From assembly GCF_964355755.1 (NCBI RefSeq), contig NC_092670.1, positions 6,748,201 through 6,812,200 on the forward strand: a stretch of DNA of 64,000 nt. Reading direction: 5' to 3'. Under the pieces are notes generated by a model that searched no databases, was not told where the DNA came from, and saw only the letters and a program-made list of their open reading frames with translations. The DNA comes from Antedon mediterranea. Taxonomy: Eukaryota > Animalia > Echinodermata. The translations under genes and the position numbers were made by a program. Shown in pieces: positions 13,501 to 28,500 of this stretch (position 1 is the first letter of the stretch; each line of letters begins with the position of its first letter).

Positions 13501-16500
13501 AACATTTCAGTTTAATTTTTTTTTTAATAGAGACGTACTTTTTATAAAGAGAAAGATAAACTGTATTACAAAATGTACTTGAGATAATGTAATGTGTATT
13601 AACCAGATGCCGAGTCTCCTACTTTGAACTGTGTGTCCAATGTGACTGTGTACACCGATTTAAATTCAGCAACAGCTAATGTATCCTGGCCAATACCAGA
13701 AACAACAGACAACAGTGGTTTAGAAGCTACATTAACCTCTAACTATGAACCCTATACACTGTTTAATATTGGAACAACTCTAGTAATGTACACATCAACA
13801 GATGCATCAAATAATGTACAAACGTGCATGTTCAATGCAACTGTAATTGGTAAGTACGATTAATGGGTATAATATACATTTTAGTTGTAATATTTAATAT
13901 TACAACTAAAATGTATATAAAACATTTTAAACTGGCTTATTTGGTATTTCTTTAATCTATTAAAGATAATGAAGATCCGGTATTTGATTGCCCCAATGGC
14001 AACATTGTGGCATTTACAGATGAGTCCCAATCATACTCAACTGTTTACTGGAATGTATCAGTTACTGATAATTCAGGTAATGTTACATATAATTGTACAA
14101 GTGAATCAGGTGACCAGTTTGATGCTATTTGGCCAATAATACAACAAAATGTAAGCTGTATGGCACAGGATCCATCGGGAAATGACGCATCTTGCTTTTT
14201 CTCTGTTACTGTTGATGGTGAGTTTATAAAAATTGTATTATATTGATTTTTGTGTAAAAAATGTTTTTTTTTATTTTGAATCTTATTTCTACAGTACACA
14301 AACACACTACTACAACAAAATTACTGATTCTCATTAGTTGGTTGTTTTATTATTGCAACTACACAATCCTACATGATCCTGTTACACAGTATGTTATTAT
14401 TGTATTTGACGTAGGCTACTACCATTCCATAGATTTGACTCTTAGTAGGCAAACAATAATCTTGTAAAACTTACTCTTATTAAACCATTGAAATTAATAT
14501 CAAACAGTTGGATAATACATTGGTTTAAACATTCAACAGTTAAATATTAAAGAGTTGTAATTTTTTTCTTATAGATAATGAAAATCCAAATATAACATGT
14601 CCCAGTAACTTCAATGTGACAACAGACAATGGACAAGCAACAGCTTGGATTCAATGGGATGTTGAATACACAGATAACACAAAATCTCTATATAATCTCA
14701 GCCTAACAGGATCTGGTTTAAATTATAATCCATCAGGTGAAAACTTTCCTATTGGAACAACGACACTTGAATATACAGTAACTGATGTATCTGGAAACAG
14801 TGATAACTGTACATTTTATGTCACTGTACGAGGTGAATTTTTTTAGATGGTTTTAATGATTTTCAGTAAAAAAGTTTATGTTTGAATGGAATGAAAATAA
14901 ATATCTTGTCCAATAATAATAATAACCCACGAAAATCATACCTTCTTACTTGCAGTTTTAATTTCTTAACATTATGCAATTACTTATTAATTGTTGAATT
15001 ATTAATTTGCTTTTTAAACAGATGAAGAAGACCCTGTGATATCGAGCTGTTCAGTGAACATTGTTTTGAATACTACAAGTATGTTACCATTCACTAATGC
15101 TACTTGGATGACTCCAAATGCTACAGATAATTCAGGCAATGTTTCCTTAATCTCTACACATAGCCCTGGTGATGGCTTTGCAGCAACAACAACTCAGGTC
15201 ACTTACACAGCAACTGATCCGTATGGAAACGAAGACATCTGTATATTCAATGTTACTGTAATTGGTAAGATTAACATTTAATTTGTATTAAACAATTACT
15301 ATAAACATGTTAATGTCTTTACAAAGTTTCTTTAAAAAACAGTATTACATAAAGAGAAAGATAAACTGCATTTAAAAATGTACTTTAGATAATGTATTTT
15401 TTCAATTTATTAAACAGATGCCGAGTCTCCTACTTTGAACTGTGTGTCCAATGTGACTGTGTACACCGATTTAAATTCAGCAACAGCTAATGTATCCTGG
15501 CCAATACCAGAAACAAAAGACAACAGTGGTTTAGAACCTACATTAACCTCTAACTATGAACCATATACACTGTTTAATATTGGAACAACTCTAGCAATGT
15601 ACACATCAACAGATGCATCAAATAATGTGCAAACTTGCATGTTCAATGTCACTGTAATTGGTAAGTATAATTGATATGATAAAGAAAATACATGAGCATT
15701 TACTAACATTTGCCGATAGGTTTTTCATTTCATTTATTTTATTACAGATAATGACAATCCTGTATTTGATTGTCCTAGTGGCAACATTATGTCATATACA
15801 GATGAGTCCCAATCATACTCAACTATTTATTGGAATGTATCAGTTACTGATAATTCAGGTAACGTTACATATAATTGTACAAGTGAATCAGGTGACCAGT
15901 TTAATGCCGTTTGGCCAATAATACAACAAAATGTAAGCTGCATGGCAAAGGATCCATCTGGAAATGACGCATCTTGCTTTTTCTCAATAAATATTGCGGG
16001 TGAGCATATTGTGATTATTGATTCATATTTATTGATTTATTTTACATTTTAAAGATTTTTTTACACAAATGATTTTGTAAAATCTCAAATCAAGTATAGA
16101 ATAGCAGATTTTAATGATGCAAAAAATCAATATTATAAATAATTGAATGCATAAACATAATAATGTAATAAACATAATATGTTATAAAACCAGATGGATT
16201 ATATGCAAACGTATTATGTTTACATACAATTCCGTCGGATTTTACATTGACCAAAATTCATAGGTTTAATATTAGATTGTCAATATTAAACCATACAATG
16301 AGTACCAACGAATTCAGTAATACATACATACTTAACATTCAATAAATGTATATTCAACATTTTAAAGTAATATAAATTATTGGGTTTTTTAATTTGTAGA
16401 TAATGAGAACCCAAGTATAGAATGTCCAAATGACTTCAATGTGACAACAGGCAATGGAAAACCAACAGCTTGGATTCAATGGGATGTTGAATACACAGAC

Positions 16501-19500
16501 AACACAGAATATTTATATGATCTCAGCCTAACAGGATCAGGTTCAAGTTATAATCAATCTGGTGAAAACTTCCTTATTGGAACAACAACACTTGAATATA
16601 TAGTAACTGATGTATTTGGAAACAGTGATAACTGCACATTTATTGTCTTTATTCGAGGTGAATATACACTAGTATTGCTTTTAATTATTATTTAAATATT
16701 GTTTTTATTTTTACACAAGTTCTATTGCATAATCTTCCTGAGTACGAAATTTGAATCCAACAAAGACTACTTCTAAACCTATAAATACCGAAAGTTGGCC
16801 AAAAATCGTTTTAGAACATGCAATGTTGTCTTTTGATTTCAATATAGTAAATTGTTATCCACACATTGTCTTACGTTTGTTGAGTATAGAAATTCAAAAT
16901 TAACTCACTAACCTAATGTTTATTACATCATAATGTAGATATTGAGAATCCAATGCTGAATTGTCCAGATGGCATTGTAAACGTGACTTTAATTGGTGAA
17001 GCATACGGTATTGCCAATTGGGTTGAACCAGACATTACAGACAACTCTGACATCATTCATGTGAACATGTCAAATTACGTTTCTGGTGATCGCTTCTATC
17101 CAGGCAACACAACAGTTTATTATTTTGCTGAAGATCCATATGGAAACTCTGTTAATTGTACATTTATTGTTACAATCTTTGGTAAGATTAATTACCGTTT
17201 CGATAGTTTTTCTTATGTATAACTACAAAGTTAGTCACATTTTTAATAAATATGTATAATTCTGAAACGTAAATTTTAATTTTTCATTTCTGCCATTTTA
17301 CTCAAATTAAACTCATTAATTTGTATTGGTCTTAAAAAAACAATTCTTTTAAAGATCTAGTAAAGAATTGTCCGTATGCTCAATAATATGAATTTTGGAG
17401 GTTTAGGAATAAATAACTATATATAGACCACGTTGTCATAGAAGAAGAACACATTTCATTTATTAATTTACAAATCTACCAAAAATAATAATACCGTAAC
17501 AGAATCTATTTGATATTTTTAAAAAATCTGATGAAACCTCATTATTTCCTTATTCCTTAAACAATGAATACAAGCTGACTATTGATGTCTGTTTCTCCCT
17601 CAGATGTTGAGATACCGATATTTGATCCATGTCCCAGTAATATAGACGTAAACACAGATCCCAGACTGCCGTATGCTGTAGTAAATTGGAACATTACAGT
17701 ATATGATAATGTTGGTGTTATTGAACTTGATAGCAACTATGTCCCATTTGATACATTTAATATCACAGTAACAGAGGTAAAATATGTTGCAACAGACTCT
17801 GAGGGCAATGAAGCAGAGTGTATATTTAATGTCACAGTAACAGGTAACAATGATTTTGTCAGGTTATCAAATTATTTAAAATTGTAATGTCTACTTAGAA
17901 ATGTTCAGGTGGCCGAACATAACCCCAGCTAAAAAAGGTAACATGACTGAGATATACCAATTGTTTTAATAATTGGATGTGACAATACTACATTTTTACA
18001 ACATGTCCAAACAGTCAGATACCTGTGAACCCTACATTGCTGTAATGTTATTTGACGTGACCAGGTAAAAATAGCACATTTGGGACATATGATCTCCATA
18101 CAGTCACCAGTTAAATCAACGTTTTTCAAACATTATGGTTAAATGAAACCTGACTTGTTATGGAGGTCTTCTGACTCTGGGACAGACATAAGCTACATAA
18201 GACTTGTTATTGTTCTGTTTTGTCAATAGACTAGATAGACAGAACACCTGTCATGAATCTATTTTTTTTATGGGCTAGATATTTTCACAACCAGAACTTG
18301 AGAAAAGCTTTTTTTTAAATAATCGTAATTTTCTACTGCAACGCTTACAAACTTAAATCTTATCTCTTAATAATATTTGTTTATATTTTTCGAATATTAA
18401 TATCCAGCACACTTTTTCAGATACTGAGCTTCCCGAATACATTGGATGTCCTCCTAATATAATTGTCCTGGTTCCTGTTGGAATGGCCAATAAATCTGTA
18501 ACATGGATAGAACCAGCAGCTACTGATAATGCCGGTGTATACAATGTAACATCTACTCACACACCTGGTGATACATTTGAAATTGGCACAGTTACAGTGA
18601 CATACACAACATTTGATACTGCCGGACTAAACACAACTTGTGTATTTGAAGTAACAGTTCAAGGTATTTGGTTTATAATGTACAACTGTAATACAAAAAC
18701 GTGCAGACGTCCAACTAAACCTTGATTTATGAAATATAATGTTTTGAATGTATATATGTATACATGAGGTGTATGGGTTTGTTTTTTCATTGATATATTT
18801 ATATACATTATTGTATGTATTGCAAGGTATAACATTTTACAGGCAATTTGATTTTCATTGTAACTCCCCCATCTGCTTTTGTTTATATATCATCGTCCCG
18901 TATATGTGTAGGTTGGATCACACAGACTAATATTTTATTTCCGATTATCAAGCTTTCTTACAGTGAGATCAATCCAGCTTAAGGTGTGTTTACCTAGAGG
19001 GCTTTTAATAACCTCTAAACATTTTAATGGTTTTATCTGCACTATCATCATCACCATCATTGAGGAGTAAATAATTGTCGCGTAATGATTTCTTTTGAAT
19101 CTATAGATACGGAAAATCCTGTGTTTACCAACTGTCCAAATTCCCCAATAGAAGTATTGACTGATGAAGGCCTTGCATATGCCAACGTGTCATGGGATGA
19201 CCCCCAACCTATGGACAATTCTGGCACGTTAACAGTTACTCAAGTGAATTATCCTGGTGATAGTTTTTATGTTGGAACTCATTCTGTTAACATAACAGCT
19301 GAAGATGAAGATGGTAACATTGGTGTCTGCACTTTTGTGATAATTGTCAAAGGTAATACTGCTACTGTGTACATCTTTTGTAAATAAGGATGAAGCATAT
19401 TGTAGCCAACGGAACATCCCATTTGAAGATCCTGTAACCGTTTTCATGTTTTTAATTACAACCACCACATTGTATCAGATGTTTGTGCGTGTTTACAGGA

Positions 19501-22500
19501 CCATCAGCGCAACCTCACATAAAACGATTGATAGTAAAGTAATAATCTTCCTAAGAACATAATATTATAAAAATTCAACTTAACCTTTTCACATGTCATT
19601 TCCTTTCTTTCAGATGAAGAAGATCCTGTACTAATTGGATGTCCAATGGACATTATTTTGAATACTACAAGTATGCTTTCATATTCTAATGCTACTTGGA
19701 TGACCCCAAATGCTTCAGATAATTCAGGCAATGTTGCCTTAATCTCTACACATAAGCCAGGTGATGGCTTTGCAGCAACAACCACTGAAGTCACTTACAC
19801 AGCAACTGATCCGTATGGAAACGAAGCAATGTGTACATTCAATGTTACTGTAATTGGTAAGAATAACGTTTAATTTGTCTTAAACAATTACTATAACACA
19901 TTTCAATGTATTTTCTTTCAAAAAGATACTTTTCATAAAGAGAAAGATAAACTGTACAACAAAATGTACTTTAGATAATGTACTTTTATTAATTTATTAA
20001 ACAGATGCCGAGTCTCCTACTTTGCACTGTGTGTCCAATGTGACTGTGTACACCTACTTCAATTCAGCAACAGCTAATGTAACTTGGCCAATACCAGAAA
20101 CAACAGACAACAGTGGGTTAAAACCTACATTAACCTCTAACTATGAACCAAATACACTGTTCGATATTGGAACAACTCTAGTAATGTACACATCAACAGA
20201 TGCATCAGAAAATGTGCAAACTTGCATGTTCAATGTCACTGTAATTGGTAAGTACACTTGATATGATGAAGAAAATACATGAAAAAATACAAAAATATGT
20301 ATGTATTTATTTTGTATTTACTTTTTTTTGCAGATAATGAAAATCCTGTATTTGATTGTCCTAGTGGCAACATTATGACATATACAGATGAGTCACAATA
20401 TTATTCAACTGTTTATTGGAATGTGTCAGTTATTGATAATTCAGGTAATGTTACATATAATTGTACAAGTGAATCAGGTGACCAGTTTAAGGCGATTTGG
20501 CCAATTATACAACAAAATGTAAGCTGTATGGCACAGGATCCTTCAGGAAATGACGTATCCTGCTTTTTCACCGTAACAGTCGATGGTGAGTTTATCATGG
20601 TTGTGAAGATTGTCTTGCACACAAATATGTTTCTTTTACAATTAAAGTCTACAATGTTAAATCAAAATACAAAGACAACAAATAATTGTTTTCAATATTA
20701 ATCTATAAGTTCAGTAAAAACAATTTATCATGGTGTATTTAATTATTGTTCTATATATTTTTAAAAATCTTATCTTAAAAATATTATTACATTAATATTA
20801 TTAACTTGTCCCTCTGTTATTTTTTTTATCTTATGTGGGTTCATCCCACTTTTATTTCCATACATATGTTCTCTTTACATATATTTTTCTATGAACATTT
20901 TCATTTCAATACACTATACATATTATTATATTAACAATGTTAGTTTTGTTCATTTGTTTACATATTATCACATTGATTTTTGTATTTATATTTTCTCTTC
21001 ATAGTTTCCTCTTTATATACATATTATCGATTATCTATAATACATTTTCATTAACAAGATTATTTTTTCATATCTACATGCATATTTATTTCCTAAAATT
21101 ATAATATATTTTATGTTTAATAAATCCATCTAATTTAGCATCTCCTCTCCACTCTGTTGTTTATAGAGTATCAGTCAGCAAGAAATTGTTTAAAATAATT
21201 CTGTTTTTCTTATAGATAATGAGAATCCAAATATAACATGTCTCAGTGACGTTAATAAGACAACAGACAATGGACAACCAACAGCTTGGATTCAATGGGA
21301 TGTTGAATACACAGACAACACAGAATCTCTATATAATCTCAGCCTAACAGGATTAGGTTTAAATTATAATTCATCTGGTGAAAACTTTCCTATTGGAACA
21401 ACAACAATTGAATATACAGCAACTGATGCATTTGAAAACAATGCTAGCTGTACCTTTTATGTCACTGTGCGAGGTGAATACAAAATTATTTGGTTTACAA
21501 CTATTATTTCTTCTGATTATCCTATGTTCTATCTGCCTATTAATGTCTGCAATATTTCTAAAAGTTAATATTGTTGAATTGCATTTATAACTCAAAACCA
21601 AATCTGAAATAAATCTAGATATCCCATAATAGTGATGATTTATTTTGAGAAATGTACACTGTTTGCGTTTTCAATTGTTAAAGAAATCTGGAGAATTGCT
21701 AAACTTGAGTATAACTTATTTTAATAAATTTTTCTCAGCACAAATATAAAATATAATGATTTGATAAAATAATGTATTTTATCAAATTGCATTTTTCTTT
21801 TATTCTAAATGAACAGACGAAGAAGCTCCATATATGGCTGGTTGTCCAATGGACATTATTTTGAATACTACAAGTATGTTACCATTCACTAATGCTACTT
21901 GGATGACTCCAAAAGCTACAGATAATTCAGGCAATGTTACCTTAATCTCTACACATGTACCTGGTGATGGCTTTGCAGCAACAACAACTCAAGTTACTTA
22001 CACAGCAACTGATCCGTATGGAAACGAAAACATCTGTATATTTAATGTTACTGTAATCGGTAAGTAATATTAAATGTATAACAAACATATATACTTAAAA
22101 TTACCTTAACAGTGCATGTAATTAACCATGTTTTTATGCACAATGTACATGTTAAACTCTTATTTCAAAGTATGAATAAGGTATTTTTTCAATTATTTAC
22201 ACAGATAAAGAGTCTCCTACTTTGGACTGTGTGTCCAATGTTTCCGCGTACACCGATTTAAATTCAGCAACAGCTAATGTATCCTGGCCAATATCAGAAA
22301 CAACAGACAACAGTGGTTTAAAACCTTCATTAACCTCTAACTATGAACCATATACTCTCTTTAATATCGGAACAACTTTAGTAATGTACACGTCAACCGA
22401 TGCATCAAATAATATGAAAACTTGCATTTTCAATGTTACTGTAATTGGTAAGTAAAATTGATACGATAAAGAAAATATATGAAAAAAATACTAAAATATG

Positions 22501-25500
22501 AAGATATGTTTTTTATTTTGTATTTATTTTATTGCAGATAAAGAATATCCTGTATTTGAATGCCCTAGTGGTAACATTATGTCATATACAGATGAGTCCC
22601 AATCATACTCAACTGTTTATTGGAAGGTATCAGTTACTGATAATTCAGGTAATGTTACATATGGTTGTACGAGTGAATCAGGTGACCAGTTTAATGCCGT
22701 TTGGCCAATAATACAACAAAATGTAAGCTGCATGGCACAGGATCCATCTGGAAATGACGCATCTTGCTTTTTCGCAATTACAATTGAGGGTGAGAATATT
22801 GTGATTATTGATTTATATTTATTTATTTTTAATAATATAAATATTTGTAAAATCTCAAATCTGAAGTGTAGAATAGCAGATTTTAATGTTTAAAAAAAAA
22901 CATCAATATTATAAATAATTGAATGCATAAACATAATAATGTTATAAACATAATATGTTATAAAATCAGATGGAATTGTATACAAACATATTATGTTTGC
23001 ATACAATTCCGTCGGATTTTACATTGACCAAAATTCATAGGTTTAATAATATTCAATATTACACCATACAAATATATTCAACATTTTCAAGTAACAGAAA
23101 TTATTGTTCTTTTTTTAATTCATAGATAATGAAAACCCAATCATAAAATGTCCAAGTGACTTCAATGTGACAACAGACAATGGAAAAGCAACAGCTTGGA
23201 TTCAATGGGATTTTGAATACACAGACAACACAGAATCTTTGTATGAGCTCAGCCTAACAGGATCAGGTTCAAGTTATAATCAATCTGGTGAAAACTTCTC
23301 TATTGGAACAACAACACTTGAATATACAGTAACTGATGTATTTGGAAACAGTGATAACTGCACATTTATTGTCTTTATACGAGGTGAATATACACTAGCA
23401 TTGCTTTTAAAGATTATTTTAAATAATATTTTTATTTTTACACAAGCTATATTGCATAATCGTCCTCTGTACGAAATTTGAATCCAACAAAGACTACTTC
23501 TAAACCTATAAATACCGAAAGTTAGCAAAAACTCGTTTTAGAACATGAACTGTTGTCTTTTGAATTCAATATAGTAAATTGTTATCCACACATTGTCTTA
23601 CGTTTATTGATTATAGAAATTAAAAATTAACTGAATAACCTAATTAGTATTACATCATCATGCAGATATTGAGAAGCCAATGCTGAATTGTCCAGATGGC
23701 ATTGTAAACGTGACTTTGATTGGTGAGGCATATGGTATTGCCAATTGGGTTGAACCAGACATTACAGACAACTCTGGCATCTTTCATGTGAACATTTCAA
23801 ATTACTTTTCTGGTGATCGCTTCTACCCAGGCAACACAACAGTTTATTATTTTGCTGAGGATCCATATGGAAACTCTGTTAATTGTACATTTATTGTTAC
23901 AATCTTTGGTAAGATTAATTACCGTTTCGATTGTTTGTCTTATGTATAACTACAAAGTCAGTCACATGTTTAATAAATATTTAAATTAAATTATAATTTT
24001 TCCTTTCTGCCATTTCGCTCAAATTAAACTAATTAATTGTATTAGTTTAAAATGGCTTTGGCTGCGCAGAAAAATAATTCTAGATCTAGTAAAGAAATGT
24101 CCTTATTCTCAATGATATAAATTTTGGAGGTTTAGGAATAAATAACCAACTATAGACCACGTTGTCATAAAAGAAGGGCACATTTCATTTATTAGTTTAC
24201 AAATCTACCAAAAGAAATCTCATTATTTCCTTATTTCTTAAAAAAATGAATAAAAGCTGACTATTGATGTCTGTTTCTCCCTCAGATGTTGAGATACCGA
24301 TATTTGATCCATGTCCCAGTAATATAGACGTAAACACAGATCCCAGACTGCCATATGCTGTAGTAAATTGGAATATTTCAGTATATGATAACGTTGGTGT
24401 TATTGAACTTAATAGCAACTATGCCCCATTTGATACATTTAATATCACAGTTACAGAGGTAAAATATGTTGCAACAGACTCTGAGGGCAACGAAGCAGAG
24501 TGTACATTTAATGTCACAGTAACAGGTAATAATGATTTGGTCAGGTTATCAAATTATTTAAAATTGTAATGTCTACTTACAAATGTTCAGGTGGCCGTAC
24601 ATAACCCTAGCTAAAAAAGGTAACATGACTGAGATATACAGTCCAAACAGTCAGATATCTGTGAACCCAACATTGCTGTAATGTTATTTGACGTGACCAG
24701 GTAAAAAATAGCACATTTGGGACATATTATCTCCATACAGTCACCAGTTAAATCAACGTTTCTCAAACATTATGGTTAAATGAAACCCGACTTGTTATGG
24801 ATATCTTCTGACTCTGGGACAGACATAGGCTACATAAGACTTGTTATTGCTCTGTTTTGTCAATAGACTAGATAGACAGAACACCTAATTTGTTTATGGG
24901 CTAGATATTTTCACAACCAGAACTTGAGAAAAGCTTCTTTAACATAATAGTAATGTTCTAATGCAACTACAAACTTAAATCTTATCTCTTAATAATATTT
25001 GTTTATATTTGTCGAATATTAATATTTAGCACACTTTTTCAGATACTGAGCCTCCTAAATACATTGGATGTCCTACTAATATGATTGTCATGGTTCCTGT
25101 TGGAATGGCCAATAGATCTGTAACATGGATAGAACCAGCAGCTACTGATAATGCCGGAGTATACAATGTAACATCAACTCACAATCCTGGTGATACATTT
25201 GAAATTGGCACAGTTACAGTGACATACACCGCATTTGATACTGCCGGATTAAAAACAACATGTGTGTTTGAAGTAACAGTTCAAGGTATTTGTTTGTTGG
25301 TGTACACTTTCTACCACTTACATTTAAACTAATAAGTGGTACAGTTAAGGTTATCCCTATAATTGCGTTGTACTGTAGGTGTGCTCATATACCCTAATGA
25401 TTTATTTCCGATTATCAAGCTTGCGTATAGTGCAATCAATCAAGATTGAGTTTTGCTTATCTAGACGCCTTTTGATAAACTATACATACAGTAATCATCT

Positions 25501-28500
25501 TCGTCCTCCTCTATGTGGACTAATTGTACTGATTTATTTTGAATATAATATAGATACAGAAGATCCTGTGTTTATCAACTGCCCAATGTCTCCAATAGAA
25601 GTAGTCACTGATGAAGGCCTTGCATATGCCAACGTGTCATGGGATGAACCCAAACCTATGGACAATTCTGGCATGTTAACAGTTACTCAAGTGAATTATC
25701 CTGGTGATGGATTTTATGTTGGAACTCACTCTGTTAACATTACAGCTGTAGATGAAGATGGTAACATTGGCATCTGCTCTTTTACTGTAATTGTCCAAGG
25801 TAATCAATGTTTGTGTTGAGCGTGTAGCAGCCTAATGCTTGCTTATTATCATGCACTTTATTCTGCCACATGTAGTTTTACACCAGTGCATTATTTATTT
25901 CTCATTATACTGCCGTTTTTAATGCTATTCCTAAAGTATGCAACATTTCAAGTCATCACAACATATTTCTTTTCTAATTTCAGATAATGAAAATCCGGAA
26001 TTCAATTGCAGCATTGGCAATGTATTAGTGGAAGTAGATATGAACAGTCCTACTGCACAGGCTGATTGGACATTACCAGACGCTACTGATAACGTAGATG
26101 TCGTCAGAATGACACAAAGTCATAACCAGTCATATTATTTTGATATAGGCATGACACTGGTGACTTACAAGGCATGGGATGATGCTGACAATCAAGATTC
26201 ATGCTCATTTTATGTTATTGTAATAGGTAATATTTGTTTAAGTTTCATTTTTACAGAGACCATCCAATCAAATACGATTATATAAATATTATATCATATA
26301 GTTACCTGCTCCGATAATTTAATGTTAATTTCTGCTATAATAAATGTAGAATTCGGTTCTGAATATGACAAATTCACAATATCTCTTACTTTAACAATAT
26401 TTATTATACAGATAAATATCCACCAGTAATTTCAGACTGTCCTGATTACCCTGTTATGTCATACACTGACCCTGGTCAAGCTACTGGCACTGCCAACTGG
26501 ACTGAACCAATAGCTTCTGACAATTCAGGTTACCTCAACTGGTATAAATCCAATCTACCATTTTCATTATTCCCAATTGGTGAAACATTGGTGTCCTACA
26601 ACGCAACAGACAACAGTAGTAACACTGCTATCTGTTTGTTTTCGGTTGATATTGTTGGTAAGTTTGCTTTAAGTTTGGCTCTATGGTTCATGGTTTCATG
26701 CAGATTACATATTGTTTTCGCATCTTAGTAATAGTATAATCTTTGTTGGCCATTTGCTGACTCTCATCTTCTTGCAAATAATATAAACTTTTAGTATGTA
26801 TAGAGTGTTATAAAAACATTTTAGTTACAGTTAAAGGTTTTTTTCCTAAAGTAAAATTTAGAAAGTACCTTCACTCTTAGATTAAACGAAACAAAAAAAA
26901 AATCCTTCAATCCACGTATTGTTGTATGTTGTCTTTAACAAAAGTGGAAGAATTTGCTTTCTTACGATGAAAACAAATAAATTACATAATTCTTTTTCTT
27001 GTTATTTTTTTCCGACAAACTTAGACTACGAGGCTCCCATTTTCTATACTTGTCCATCAAATATTACTATGGCTACTGATCCTAATCTAGCATCAGCAAT
27101 AGTGAACTGGAGTGACCCAAGTGTGTCGGACAACAGTGGAGAGATCTTGTTGAGTGTTCAGTCTCATATGTCTGGTGACATGTTTAGAATAGGGCAAACA
27201 TTAGTTGTATATAATGCAACTGATTCTTACAACAACATAGCAGTTTGTTCTTTCATTATTCATATTTATGGTAAGTGCTGATTTTGTTTTATGATACATA
27301 TGTTGATGTCCTGTAAGATAAGATAACAACCACAGAAGAATTCAGCCCTCTTTATTTAGTATACGTATAGTTTGAAAATGACTTGGCGTGACCGAGTTAT
27401 TTTCCATAATGTTACCTGTGTTGAAAATCATGATAGTGTGTTAAACATAGAAACACTTTTATTTGTAATGATAGTATCTAAATTTTGGTTTCAAGTTGAT
27501 TTTGTTCACTCGAAATGTTTTACATTACATTTAGTATTTCTTCAATTTACTATTGGTAATTTTCAATAGATGATGATGATCCAAACTTGCAGTGCCCATC
27601 TGATATTACAACTAATACAACATATGGCCAACATGACACATACAATGTCACCTGGAGTGATCCGATTGTAAATGACAATTCTGGTGAAGTTATAAAACCA
27701 ACGTCCAAGTACACATCTGGAAACAATGCTTTTAACATTGGAAGTACTGTTGTTATATATGATGCAGTTGATAGCTCAGGCAATGCAGCAATGTGCAACT
27801 TTACAATTACAGTTACTGGTAAGTATTCTTTCATTGTTTGTTGTATTTCAATTGAATATAATTTAAAATCAAAGCATTTTATGTACCTTTGCAAAGATGA
27901 AAACAAAACACGAGGCAGAAATAAGTTATTCATCGGGAACCAATGTAATTTCCCGGTATTTTTAAAACATACGCCACAGTTTTTAAACCTTAGTTTATTG
28001 TAGTTCTTATAGTAACCCAGTTTTAGATTAGTATTTAAATATACTTTGATATTTACATTAATTTATTTACAAAGAAATATTACAGTGCTCTATTTTATTT
28101 TAGATAAGGAAAATCCAGTTATCAATAACTGTCCAATTGATACGACAGTAAACACTACTACGGGACTACCGACTGCTAATATATCTTGGATAGAACCAAC
28201 AGCAATTGACAATTCTGGGTATTGGGGTCTCACAGCAGACATAGGACCAGGAAGTGAGTTCCCAATTGGCAATATTGTGGTGACATACACTGCTGAAGAT
28301 CCATATGAAAATACTGCTACGTGTTCATTTACTGTCACTGTAGAAGGTATGTTAATACTTATTTTGACCAAAGTGATTATGAAGTAGTCAGTAGCTTTGC
28401 TATTATATATAATTGAAATAAGTACGCTCTCAAAAGGAAAAAAAACAATCAAGTACATCTAATCTGGTACATATACTGTACATGTTTATTTACTTGTTTA

